DNA from: an uncultured delta proteobacterium
Lineage (GTDB): Bacteria > Myxococcota > Myxococcia > Myxococcales > Myxococcaceae
Length of the DNA stretch: 64,000 bases
Reading direction: 5' to 3'
Assembly: GCA_963713045.1 (NCBI GenBank)
Contig: CAVQKE010000001.1
Span: 1 to 64,000 of the forward strand
The position numbers were made by a program, and so were the translations under genes. How positions within the stretch are numbered: position 1 is the stretch's first letter; each line of letters starts with the position of its first letter. Positions 54,001-63,474 of this stretch are shown here, in pieces. Below the pieces are notes generated by a model. That model had not been told where the DNA came from, did not search any database, and was given only the letters and a program-made list of their open reading frames with translations.

Positions 54001-56964
54001 GTGCTTCAGCTTGGACAGCTGTTCGCCGTCGCCGTCGGCTACCTGCTTCTGCTGTTCCTGGTGGCCTATGCCGCCGAGCGACGCTGGGTGCCGGCGGCCC
54101 TGGTCCGCCACCCACTGACGTACGCGCTTTCCCTCGGCGTCTACGCCACCTCCTGGAGCTACTCGGGAAGCGTGGGTTACGCGCGGGCCCAGGGCTTCAA
54201 CTTCCTCGCCATTTACGTCGGCGTGACACTGTCCTGTCTTCTCGTCCCGGTGGTGTGGCAGCCAGTGCTGCGGCTCACCCGCGAGCACCAACTGACGTCG
54301 CTGGCGGACCTCTTCGCCTTCCGCTTTCAAAGTCACGGCGCCGGCGTGCTGGTGACGCTTTTCATGCTGGCTGGGACGTTGCCCTACCTCGCCCTGCAGA
54401 TTCGCGCCGTCACCCAAGGCGTGGGGCTCTTGGGGCATGGGCCACCGGCCGCGCTGGTCGGCCTGGTGTTTTGCGCCTTGGTGGCGCTGTTTGCCCTGCT
54501 GTTTGGCGCCCGGCATGTGACGCCCCGAGAACGGCATGTTGGCCTCGGCTTGGCCATTGCCTTCGAGTCGGTGGTGAAGGTTGGCGCGCTGTTGACGGTG
54601 GGGGCGGTGGCCGTCACCCAAGTGTTTGGCGGTGCTGGCGGCCTCGGGCGGTGGCTCGCCGCAAACCCGGAAGCCCTGGAAAACGTCTACCGCCCCGTGC
54701 GGGAGGGGCCATGGGCCACCCTGTTGCTGCTGTCCTTCGCCGCTGGCTTTCTCCTTCCACGCCAGTTCCACATGGCGTTCACCGAGGCCCTCGGGAGCCG
54801 GGCGCTCGGCGTCGCCGCTTGGGCCTTCCCGGCTTTTCTGCTGCTGCTCAACCTGGCGGTGCTGCCGCTGTTGTGGGCCGGCCAGGTGGCACTTCCGGGC
54901 GTCCACCCGGACAACTATGTGCTGGGGCTGGCGCGCGGCACCGGCGTCACCGCGCTCGCCTTCGTCGGGGCTGTCTCGGCGGCCAGTGCCATGGTGATTG
55001 TCGACACGCTGGCCTTAGCGGCCATGTGTCTCAATCACCTCTTCCTTCCACGGCGAAACTTGGCCGGGGCGGGTGACCTCTACCGCGGCCTGTTGTGGGC
55101 CCGGCGCATCCTCATCGTGGTCATCATCTTCATCGGCTACGGCTTCTCCCGGGTGCTTGACGTCCGGCACGGCCTGGTGGAGTTGGGACTGGTTTCCTTT
55201 GTGGCCATCGTCCAGGTGCTCCCTGGCCTGTTGGCAGTCCTCTTCTGGCGGGGAGCCACCAGGCTCGGCTTCCTCAGTGGACTGTCGGCTGGCATCGCCG
55301 TCTGGGCGGCGGCGCTTTTTCTGCCACTGTTGGCCCGCGCCCACCTGGTGCCTCAAAGCTTCGACCTGGCGCAGCTCTTCGGGATTGTCCCGGGGACCGA
55401 ACCGTGGAGCACCTCCACCTTCTGGTCGCTCGGCCTCAATGTGCTGCTGTTTGGGGGCGTCTCGCTGCTCACCAAGCCGAGCCCCCGTGAGGAAGAGGCC
55501 GCCCTGTCGTGCACTCAGGCCCCGCGGCCGGTCGAGCCGATGGTGGTGGAGGCCGACAGCCCGAAGGACTTCCAGGCCAGGCTCGCTCCCCTGCTGGGTG
55601 CAGATGCCGCCACCACGGAGGTCGACCTCGCGATGGCCGACCTCAACATGGTGGAGGACGAGCGTCGACCGGCGCAGCTGCAGAAGCTTCGGGAACGGCT
55701 CCAACGCAACCTTTCTGGACTGGTGGGCCCGCTGCGCGCCCGCTGGCTGGTCGACCGCGGCATTCGCCTGGACCCCCGGCGTCAGCCGGCACTCTCCGAG
55801 AGGCTGAGGTCGCTCGAGGAGCAACTGCGGATGAGCCGTGCGCAACTGCACGGCGCCCCGGCCGAGCTGGAAGCCTTTCGGCGATACTTGCGCCGGGTCC
55901 TGGAGGACTTGCCGCTCGGCGTCTGCGCGCTTGGGCCAGACCAGGACGTCGTCATTTGGAATCATGCCCTGGAGGCCCTCTCCACCCTTCATGCCGCCGA
56001 CGCGGTGGGAGCGCGACTTGACCAGCTGCCCGGGCCGCTGGCCTCGGCCCTGCGGGACTTCCTCCTCCAGGAATCTCCTCACGCGGAGGTCTGCATCAGC
56101 CTGCAGGGCCGCGAGCATGTCCTGGCGCTGGGGAAGAGTCAGGAGCCGGTGTCCAGTGCGCCAGCGGACCTGCGCGGGCCGGTGCTGCTGGTGGAGGACT
56201 TGACCGAGCGGAAGGCCCTCGCCGCGCAGGTTGCCCACCAGGACCGCCTCGCTTCGGTGGGCCGGTTGGCGGCCGGGGTGGCGCATGAGATTGGAAATCC
56301 ACTCACCGGAATCGCCTGCCTGGCGCAAAACCTCGCCCGAGAAGCGGGCACCGTCGAGCAGCGCGAGCGCCTTGCGCTCATCCTCCGGGAAACCCAGCGC
56401 ATCGACACCATCGTCCGCGTCCTCCTCGGCTTTAGCCATGCGGGGACCATCCACGCGGTGCCGCGGCTTGAGCGTTTTGCTGCTCGAGACGCCCTCGGCG
56501 AGGCCATCACGCTGGTGCAGCTTTCCCGCAAGGCCAAGCGCGTGGCCTGTCACAACCGGGTGGCTTCAGGCCTGTCGCTCGAGGGTGACCGGCAACGGCT
56601 GCTTCAAGTCTTTGTGAACCTCATCTCCAACGCCTGCGACGCAAGCCCCGAGGGGGGCGAGGTGGTGGTGGAGGCAGAAGCTCTCGATGGTGCCATCCGC
56701 CTGCGCATCGCGGACCGCGGCACGGGCATTGACGACGCAGTGCGCGAGAGGATGTTCGAACCTTTTTTCACGACAAAACCGCCTGGACAGGGTACGGGAC
56801 TCGGGCTCCCTCTTGCGCAAAGCATCGTGCGGGAGCATTTGGGGACGCTGGAAGTGGAGAGTTCCCCTGGGAGAGGAACGACGGTGGTGGTGGAGTTGCC
56901 GTCGAGACGAGAACGGGAGCCGGTGGCTGACGGGGCCGCGCAGTCGCAGGTCCCGGCGAAGTAG
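54001..56964 (+). CDS. cbrA: Sodium:solute symporter (SLC5)-PAS-histidine kinase fusion, CbrA-like
   Basis: LSLGVYATSW, LPYLALQ, AFES.VK, LPRQFH; AHEIGNPL H-box; N, G1, F and G2 boxes. Confidence 0.88.
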   Translation: MLQLGQLFAVAVGYLLLLFLVAYAAERRWVPAALVRHPLTYALSLGVYATSWSYSGSVGYARAQGFNFLAIYVGVTLSCLLVPVVWQPVLRLTREHQLTSLADLFAFRFQSHGAGVLVTLFMLAGTLPYLALQIRAVTQGVGLLGHGPPAALVGLVFCALVALFALLFGARHVTPRERHVGLGLAIAFESVVKVGALLTVGAVAVTQVFGGAGGLGRWLAANPEALENVYRPVREGPWATLLLLSFAAGFLLPRQFHMAFTEALGSRALGVAAWAFPAFLLLLNLAVLPLLWAGQVALPGVHPDNYVLGLARGTGVTALAFVGAVSAASAMVIVDTLALAAMCLNHLFLPRRNLAGAGDLYRGLLWARRILIVVIIFIGYGFSRVLDVRHGLVELGLVSFVAIVQVLPGLLAVLFWRGATRLGFLSGLSAGIAVWAAALFLPLLARAHLVPQSFDLAQLFGIVPGTEPWSTSTFWSLGLNVLLFGGVSLLTKPSPREEEAALSCTQAPRPVEPMVVEADSPKDFQARLAPLLGADAATTEVDLAMADLNMVEDERRPAQLQKLRERLQRNLSGLVGPLRARWLVDRGIRLDPRRQPALSERLRSLEEQLRMSRAQLHGAPAELEAFRRYLRRVLEDLPLGVCALGPDQDVVIWNHALEALSTLHAADAVGARLDQLPGPLASALRDFLLQESPHAEVCISLQGREHVLALGKSQEPVSSAPADLRGPVLLVEDLTERKALAAQVAHQDRLASVGRLAAGVAHEIGNPLTGIACLAQNLAREAGTVEQRERLALILRETQRIDTIVRVLLGFSHAGTIHAVPRLERFAARDALGEAITLVQLSRKAKRVACHNRVASGLSLEGDRQRLLQVFVNLISNACDASPEGGEVVVEAEALDGAIRLRIADRGTGIDDAVRERMFEPFFTTKPPGQGTGLGLPLAQSIVREHLGTLEVESSPGRGTTVVVELPSRREREPVADGAAQSQVPAK

Positions 56965-56974
56965 GTGACGAGAC

Positions 56975-58324
56975 ATGAGCCGCACCCTCATCGTCGAGGA
57001 CGAGGACGTCATCCGCACCGAGCTGGCCCGCCTTCTGGTGCGGGCTGGCCACGACGTGGCGGAAGCCAAGACGGTACAGGAGGCTGCCAACCAGGGCCTG
57101 GACGGTTTTGACCTCGTCATCGCCGACTTGAGGCTTCCCGGCGGCCTGGGCACGGACTTGGTGGACCTCTGTCCTGGGACACCGGTGCTGATTATGACGA
57201 GCTTCGCCACGGTCCGGGCTGCGGTGGAGGCCATCCAAAAGGGGGCGGTCGACTTCGTCGCCAAGCCGTTTGACCACGACGAACTGCTGCTGGTGGTGGA
57301 CCGAGTGCTTCGCCAGTCGCGACTCCAGCGACAGAATGCCGTTCTCCGGCAAGACCTCGAGCGCAGCTACGCCGTCCAGGGGTTGGTGGGCAATTGCCCC
57401 CAAATGCGCGAAGTCTTTGAGCGGGTCCGCAAGGTGTCGCATACCGACGCGACAGTCCTCATCCTCGGCGAATCCGGGACTGGCAAGGAGCTGGTGGCGC
57501 GCGCGGTCCACGACCAAAGCGCGCGCCGCGAAGCCCCGATTGTCACCGTCAACTGTGCAGCCATTCCAGAAAGCCTCATCGAGTCCGAGCTGTTCGGCCA
57601 CGAGAAAGGCGCCTTCACCGGGGCGCACAAGACAAAGGCTGGACTGGTCGAGGCTGCCGACGGCGGCACCCTCTTTCTGGATGAGATTGGCGAGCTGCCG
57701 TTACCGGCCCAAGCCCGACTCCTTCGCGTGCTTCAAGAAGGCGAGGTGCGCCGCGTGGGCGCAACCGGCAGCCGCCACGTCAACGTCCGCCTCATCGCCG
57801 CGACCCACCGGGACCTACGGCAGATGTGTTTCGACGGACATTTCCGCAATGACCTCTACTTTCGCCTCCGCGTGGTGGAAGTCCACCTGCCACCGCTCAG
57901 GGCCCGCGGCGATGACGTCCTAGAATTGGCGGACTTCCTCTTGGCCAAGGCGTGCCGCCGCCTCAACCGTCCGCCTCTTCGCTTCTCCGAGGAGGCGCGC
58001 GGAGCCATCTTCGCCCACGATTGGCCCGGCAACGTGCGCGAGTTGGAGAATGCGGTGGAACGGGCCGTCATTCTGAGCGAAGGCGGACTGATTACGCCGG
58101 ATTTGCTGGCCATTGATGCGCCCCACCTGACCGATGCCCCCTCCGATGCGGATGCGGAGACGGGGTCGGATGGAGCTCTCACCGAGTATTTCCGCCGCTT
58201 TGTCCTCGAGCACCAGGCGCAGCTGTCGGAGACGGAGATTGCTCGGCGGCTGGGCATTAGCCGCAAGGCCCTCTGGGAGAAGCGGGCGCGCCTGGGAATT
58301 CGGCGCAACAAGCTCCAGGCATGA
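56975..58324 (+). CDS. cbrB: NtrC-family sigma54 response regulator, CbrB-like
   Basis: REC DLRLPG, GESGTGKE, GAFTGA, WPGNVRE, LSETEIARRLGISRKALWE. Confidence 0.88.
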   Translation: MSRTLIVEDEDVIRTELARLLVRAGHDVAEAKTVQEAANQGLDGFDLVIADLRLPGGLGTDLVDLCPGTPVLIMTSFATVRAAVEAIQKGAVDFVAKPFDHDELLLVVDRVLRQSRLQRQNAVLRQDLERSYAVQGLVGNCPQMREVFERVRKVSHTDATVLILGESGTGKELVARAVHDQSARREAPIVTVNCAAIPESLIESELFGHEKGAFTGAHKTKAGLVEAADGGTLFLDEIGELPLPAQARLLRVLQEGEVRRVGATGSRHVNVRLIAATHRDLRQMCFDGHFRNDLYFRLRVVEVHLPPLRARGDDVLELADFLLAKACRRLNRPPLRFSEEARGAIFAHDWPGNVRELENAVERAVILSEGGLITPDLLAIDAPHLTDAPSDADAETGSDGALTEYFRRFVLEHQAQLSETEIARRLGISRKALWEKRARLGIRRNKLQA

Positions 58325-58359
58325 CGACTTTCACGACGCCCAGACGTCGTCCCCCAGGC

Positions 58360-58464
58360 TGTTACCTTCGGTAACGGCTGTTCCGGAACGACACGGCAGG
58401 GCAGGCCTTCACCGAGGCCAAGTCCACGAAGGCTGCCGAGCTGGACCACTGGCGTGGCCTTTGC
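58360..58464 (+). promoter_or_regulatory. Sigma54 promoter with upstream activator site (acs-like gene)
   Basis: TGTTAC-cttcg-GTAAC at 58360-75; TGGCGTGGCCTTTGC with GG 58451-52 and GC 58463-64. Confidence 0.8.
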
Positions 58465-58482
58465 CTCTGCGTGCTGGAAGAT

Positions 58483-59952
58483 GTGAGCCGCTCCACTTCC
58501 CCGTCGCCACGCCCTTCCCCGACCAGCCGACTGGCCCATTGCCGGCGGCTGCGCGAGGAGAGCCTCGCCCACCCAGAGCAGTTTTGGCTCCGTGAAGCTG
58601 CGGCGCTCAGCTGGCTGCGCCCTCCGCAGCATGCCTTCGAAGGCGAGCTCGCGGAGGGCGACATCAGTTGGTTTGGCGACGGCCAACTCAACGTGACTGT
58701 CAGCTGCGTTGACCGCCACGCCGCCTCGTCACCAGACCGCCCGGCCGTGGTGTGGTTGAGGAGTGAGGGCGATGTGGAGACGTTGAGTTACCGCTCCCTC
58801 CGGCAGCACATGTGTCGGATGGCCAACGTGCTGCTGAGTCATGGGGTGCGGCGGCAGGACCGCGTTGCCTTGTACCTTCCGTTGGGCACCCCGCTGGTGG
58901 TGGCGTCGCTGGCGTGCGCGCGGCTCGGTGCAGTGCAGCTTTGCGTGCCGGTGCAGGCGGACACGCAGTCACTTCGGCGTGCGCTCCGTGTCGCCAAGGC
59001 GCGGCTGTTGGTGACGGCCAATGAGGCGGAGATTCATGGAACCAGGATTCCACTTTGGGAGCGCGCCGATGAGGCCCTCAATGGCCTCGGTCGCGTGGAG
59101 GCGGTACTGGTGCAGCGACGAACCGGCGCCCGGGTGCCGCTGGCCTATGCGCGCGACGCGGACCTGGAGCGCGCGCTCGCATTGGCCCGCCCGACGTGTC
59201 CGCCCACCTGGCTGCAAGGCGAGGATGCCCTGCTTCTGTCGGCCGCTGGCGGGGAGGAGGCAGGCCGCCGGGTGGTGCACGGCGTGGCCGGGTTCCTCCT
59301 CCAGGCACTGTTGGTGCAACGCGAGGCACTGGGCGTGCGCGTAGGAGACCGGGTGCTGTGCCTCAACGACGGAAAAGGGCTTCGACGAGACGTGCTTTTC
59401 GGCACCCTGGCGTTGGGGGCGACTCTGGTGCTGGACGAGCGTGGGGATGGGATGGCCCACCTGGACGCTCTGGACGTGACTCACGTCCTCGGCCGGGCCG
59501 AAGACTTCAACGGCGCCGGCCCCGCAACTGGGAGTCGAACCCGGGTGCTTCTGGACGCGCCTGGCGGCGTCACAGCAGACGTCGAAGGAGTCTGGAGCAG
59601 CGAGGAGGCCGGAATGCTGCTCGCCCATTGGCCGGGCGCTGGCGAGACAGCGTTGTTCGGGGTGGATCCGGTGGTGCTGAACGCGGAGGGAAGTCCGGTG
59701 GGCTGCGGAGCGACGGGTGAGCTGTGTACGCGCGCCTCGTGGCCCGCACAGCCGCGCACGCTCGACTCAGACCACGCCCGCTTCGTCGACCAGCGACTGC
59801 GGCGCTTCCCGGGCGTCTACCGCACGATGGAGCGGTGCCAAGTCCTGTCCGAAGGACGACTTTCCTGGGTGGGCCGCAGCAATGAACCGGCCTTGGTGGC
59901 CCTCAGCCCGGCGGAGGTTGGCCCGCTCTCCGGACCGCTCGGACACGCGTAA
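58483..59952 (+). CDS. Acetyl-CoA synthetase-like protein with degenerate catalytic motifs and no C-terminal domain
   Basis: WF.DGQLNV..CVDRH, DRVALYLP, LACARLGA and SWP..RTL..DH.RF present; no TSGSTG.PKG loop. Confidence 0.8.
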   Translation: MSRSTSPSPRPSPTSRLAHCRRLREESLAHPEQFWLREAAALSWLRPPQHAFEGELAEGDISWFGDGQLNVTVSCVDRHAASSPDRPAVVWLRSEGDVETLSYRSLRQHMCRMANVLLSHGVRRQDRVALYLPLGTPLVVASLACARLGAVQLCVPVQADTQSLRRALRVAKARLLVTANEAEIHGTRIPLWERADEALNGLGRVEAVLVQRRTGARVPLAYARDADLERALALARPTCPPTWLQGEDALLLSAAGGEEAGRRVVHGVAGFLLQALLVQREALGVRVGDRVLCLNDGKGLRRDVLFGTLALGATLVLDERGDGMAHLDALDVTHVLGRAEDFNGAGPATGSRTRVLLDAPGGVTADVEGVWSSEEAGMLLAHWPGAGETALFGVDPVVLNAEGSPVGCGATGELCTRASWPAQPRTLDSDHARFVDQRLRRFPGVYRTMERCQVLSEGRLSWVGRSNEPALVALSPAEVGPLSGPLGHA

Positions 59953-59960
59953 GACCGCCC

Positions 59961-60064
59961 GTTACGTTTGGTAGCAGGCGGTGTTACCCGCGGCCGCATG
60001 CTGCGCCGCGTAGTGGATGCAAGCAGCGAGGACTCCTGGGACTTTGCGTTGGCGTGGGAGTTGC
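59961..60064 (+). promoter_or_regulatory. Sigma54 promoter with upstream activator site (MFS gene)
   Basis: GTTAC-gtttg-GTAGC at 59961-75, extra TGTTAC at 59982-87; TTGGCGTGGGAGTTGC with GG 60051-52 and GC 60063-64. Confidence 0.8.
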
Positions 60065-60103
60065 CCCCTGTTGGAGGTCGCTTCCCTACCCGGAGGTTTC
60101 AAC

Positions 60104-61714
60104 GTGGCCACACCTGCCAGTGCCATTGCGGCGCCGCTTGAGGTGCCAGAGGAGCGACGCGTCATCTTCGCGTCGTCTCTCGGGACCGTCTTCGAATGGT
60201 ACGACTTCTACATCTACGCCATCCTGGCGCCCTTCTTCGCTGGAGTCTTTTTCCCTCCTGGGAACCAGCAGGCAGCACTGCTGGGGGCCTTCGTTAACTA
60301 TGCGGCCGGCTTCTTGGTCCGGCCCTTCGGCGCCCTCGTCTTCGGCCGGGTCGGCGACCTCATCGGACGCAAGTACACCTTCCTCGTCACCATCGTGGTG
60401 ATGGGGTTGTCCACGTTCCTGGTCGGCCTGTTACCAACCTACGCCCAAGTCGGCTTCCTCGCTCCGCTGTTGCTCCTTCTCGTGCGGCTCGCTCAAGGTC
60501 TGGCCATCGGTGGCGAGTACGGAGGCGCCGCCACCTACGTCGCGGAGCACTCTCCGAACGAAAAGCGCGGTTTCAACACCAGCTTCATCCAGACCACCGC
60601 GACCGTTGGACTGTTGATGGCGCTGATTATTGTATGGCTCTGTCGCAATGGCTTCTCCGAGGCGACCTTCAAGAGCTTCGGCTGGCGCGTCCCCTTCCTT
60701 GCTTCCAGCGTCCTATTGGTCATCTCGGTGTACATCCGTCTACGCCTTCAAGAGTCGCCGGTCTTCATGAAGATGAAGTCGGAAGGAAAGGGCTCCAAGG
60801 CACCGCTCACCGATAGCTTCGGCAACTGGAAGAATCTCAAGTATGTGCTCATCGCGCTGTTTGGAGCCACCGCGGGCCAAGGCGTCATCTGGTACACGGG
60901 GCAGTTCTACGCGCTCTTCTTCCTCATCACGACGCTGAAGGTGGGCTGGCACATTACCTACTTCCTCATTGGCATGTCGCTGGTTCTGGGAACGCCCTTC
61001 TTCCTGGTCTTTGGCTGGCTGTCGGACAAAATCGGCCGCAAGTGGATCATCATGGGGGGCTGTCTGCTGGGCGTCCTCACCTATCAGCCCATCTTCAAGG
61101 CGCTCACTCACTATGCCAATCCAGCGCTGGAGGACTTCAACGCGCGGACAAAAATCTCGCTCACCGCGAGCGACTGCCGAATCCACCTGTTCCCGCTGCC
61201 CACCACCAAGTACAGCGACTGTGACCGGGTTCAGAGCCAGCTCTCCAGCCGGGCCCTGACCTATGCCATCAACGAAGGCGCTCCTGGAGCGCCGCCGGTG
61301 GTCAAGATTAACGACCAGGAAATTGTCGGCGTGGACGAAGCGAAGCTGAAGTCCATCCTGGCCGGGTTGCAGTACCCGACTTCGGCCAAAGAGGCAGACA
61401 TCAACTCCGGGATGGTGCTCTTGTTGCTGTTCATCATGGTCGTCTACGTGACGATGGTCTACGGGCCGATTGCGGCGTTTCTGGTCGAGCTCTTTCCGAC
61501 TCGAATCCGCTACACGTCCATGTCCCTGCCCTACCACATTGGCAATGGATGGTTCGGTGGCCTGCTGCCGTTGACAGCCGCCGCACTGGTGGCATCCCAC
61601 GGCGACATCTACTACGGCCTCTGGTACCCAATTGGCGTGGCGCTGATGACGTTCATCGTTGGCAGCCTCTTCATCCGCGAGACGAAGGACCACAAAATCA
61701 CAACCAACGTTTAG
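60104..61714 (+). CDS. MFS metabolite:H+ symporter (MHS family)
   Basis: EWYDF, GD.IGRK, GGEYGGA, GWRVPF, SDKIGRK, ELFPTRIR; GGAGG RBS. Confidence 0.9.
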   Translation: MATPASAIAAPLEVPEERRVIFASSLGTVFEWYDFYIYAILAPFFAGVFFPPGNQQAALLGAFVNYAAGFLVRPFGALVFGRVGDLIGRKYTFLVTIVVMGLSTFLVGLLPTYAQVGFLAPLLLLLVRLAQGLAIGGEYGGAATYVAEHSPNEKRGFNTSFIQTTATVGLLMALIIVWLCRNGFSEATFKSFGWRVPFLASSVLLVISVYIRLRLQESPVFMKMKSEGKGSKAPLTDSFGNWKNLKYVLIALFGATAGQGVIWYTGQFYALFFLITTLKVGWHITYFLIGMSLVLGTPFFLVFGWLSDKIGRKWIIMGGCLLGVLTYQPIFKALTHYANPALEDFNARTKISLTASDCRIHLFPLPTTKYSDCDRVQSQLSSRALTYAINEGAPGAPPVVKINDQEIVGVDEAKLKSILAGLQYPTSAKEADINSGMVLLLLFIMVVYVTMVYGPIAAFLVELFPTRIRYTSMSLPYHIGNGWFGGLLPLTAAALVASHGDIYYGLWYPIGVALMTFIVGSLFIRETKDHKITTNV

Positions 61715-61743
61715 CGACTTTTTCCTGAGCAGTTCGCGTAGAC

Positions 61744-61776
61744 GGGGGGCCCGGCCGGCGACGGTCGGGCCCCTCT
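61744..61776 (+). terminator. GC-rich hairpin after the MFS gene, weak U-tract
   Basis: ggggccggccg-gcga-cggtcgggcccc. Confidence 0.4.
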
Positions 61777-62500
61777 TGCGTTTCGGCCGAAGACGGAGTC
61801 CTCCTAAAAAAGCGAATCTCGAAGGCGCGGGGACCCTCTGACCGACAACAGTCTCTCGCCGCGTCCACCTCCGGGAAGAACATCTTCCCTCCCCTTCGGA
61901 CAGGGACTCGGCCGCGTGCACGTTAAGAGTCCCGAGCCCCTCCCTACGCACCAACATTTTTACTTATAAACTCTTGGGGAAAAAATCCCCTGGGGTGCGA
62001 GGAAATAGTCCCCGATTGAGAGGGTTTGGTCCCCTCCGGGCGGGAATTTTTGGCGGAAAACATTCCCGGTGGCAGACGGCGTTGGAATGTTTCCCGGTCG
62101 AACCAGCCTGCCCGGAACGCCAGCGCAACTTCAACGCCAACGAGTTGCCCTGCCACGTGCGGAGGATAATCGGTGCATCGTACTTCCAATTTCTGGAGGA
62201 CATATGAAACAAACGCATTGCACCTGTCGTGACAATCATCGCAGCACAAGGCTCCTTTCAGCTCGGATTCCAGGGAAACGTCTCCCGGGGACGATGGGAA
62301 GACGTGAAGACGTCATTTGAGGACACGTACACCGCAGACCCGTTCGCCCATTCCGGAACCTAGTCTGGTTCGAAGCCTCGCAAAAGCGACGGGGGTCGGC
62401 CGCCGTAACGTCCCACTCCAGCGCTTTTGCGGGGTCTTGTTGTTCGTCAACGACGGGCCGTTCGAGTCGCGGTAGAAGACGCGAGTTGGCCGCTCGGGTC

Positions 62501-63463
62501 ATGACGAAGGCGCTCATTTCACTCATCGCAGTGGCGTGCCTGCTGCCCGATGTCCCGGCGCTCGGCTGGCGGGCGCTTCCCACCTGGGCCGCCCTCCTCC
62601 TCGGTGTGGCAGTCACTTTGGTGGTTGGAAATCCGTGGGTCATACACACCAAGACGCTGACGCCCCGGCTCCTCGCTGCGTCCGTGGTGGGTCTGGGAGC
62701 GGCGATGAACCTGCGAACGGTGCTGACGGTCGGCCTGGAAGGCTTCGTCTATACGCTGGTCGGCATCGTCGCCACGCTGGGAGCCGCGGCCCTGCTCCAG
62801 CGGTGGCTGGCCGTCCGTCGGGCGACCGGGATTCTGGTCGGCGTGGGAACGGCCATCTGCGGTGGCAGCGCCATCGCAGCGGCGGCACCAGTGATTGGGG
62901 CCGAAGCTGAGGACACCAGCGCCGCGCTGGGAATTGTCTTCCTTCTCAACGCGACGGCGCTGCTGCTGTTTCCAGTGGCTGGCCACCACTTGGGCCTTTC
63001 CCAGCATGCCTTTGGCCTGTGGGCAGCTTTGGCCATTCACGACACCTCCAGTGTCGTCGGAGCGTCTTCGAGCTATGGGCCGGAGGCCCTTCTCGTGGCC
63101 ACCACCACCAAGCTGGTGCGGGCACTGTGGATTGTCCCGGTGACCCTTGCCCTCGGCGCATGGGTCGCCCGTGAGCGGCCGGCAGCGCCGGGAAAGCCCC
63201 AAGCCAAGCGTCCTTGGTTCATCCTCGGCTTTCTCTTCGCCGCAGCAGTCGTCACCTTCGTGCCGAGGCTTCAACCCGCGGGGCGAGCGGTCGCGCTCGC
63301 CTCACAACGGGCGCTGGTCCTCACCCTGTTCCTCCTCGGGCTGGGGCTTTCCCGCAGCGCGGTCGCTCGAGTCGGCGGCCGCCCCTTCCTGATGGGCGTG
63401 TCCCTTTGGGTTCTGGTGGCGAGCGTGACGCTGGGGGCGCTGCTCCTGGGATGGATTTCCTGA
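62501..63463 (+). CDS. YeiH / putative sulfate exporter family membrane protein
   Basis: GTAICGGSAIAA, AIHDTSSVV, KL.R.LW, PWFI. Confidence 0.88.
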   Translation: MTKALISLIAVACLLPDVPALGWRALPTWAALLLGVAVTLVVGNPWVIHTKTLTPRLLAASVVGLGAAMNLRTVLTVGLEGFVYTLVGIVATLGAAALLQRWLAVRRATGILVGVGTAICGGSAIAAAAPVIGAEAEDTSAALGIVFLLNATALLLFPVAGHHLGLSQHAFGLWAALAIHDTSSVVGASSSYGPEALLVATTTKLVRALWIVPVTLALGAWVARERPAAPGKPQAKRPWFILGFLFAAAVVTFVPRLQPAGRAVALASQRALVLTLFLLGLGLSRSAVARVGGRPFLMGVSLWVLVASVTLGALLLGWIS

Positions 63464-63474
63464 ACGCTGGGGCT

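Noticed and set aside
58325..58480. crcZ-like sRNA downstream of cbrB
   Set aside because: The gap is taken up by the activator site and promoter, lacks repeated AANAANAA motifs, and the CDS starts right after the predicted TSS.
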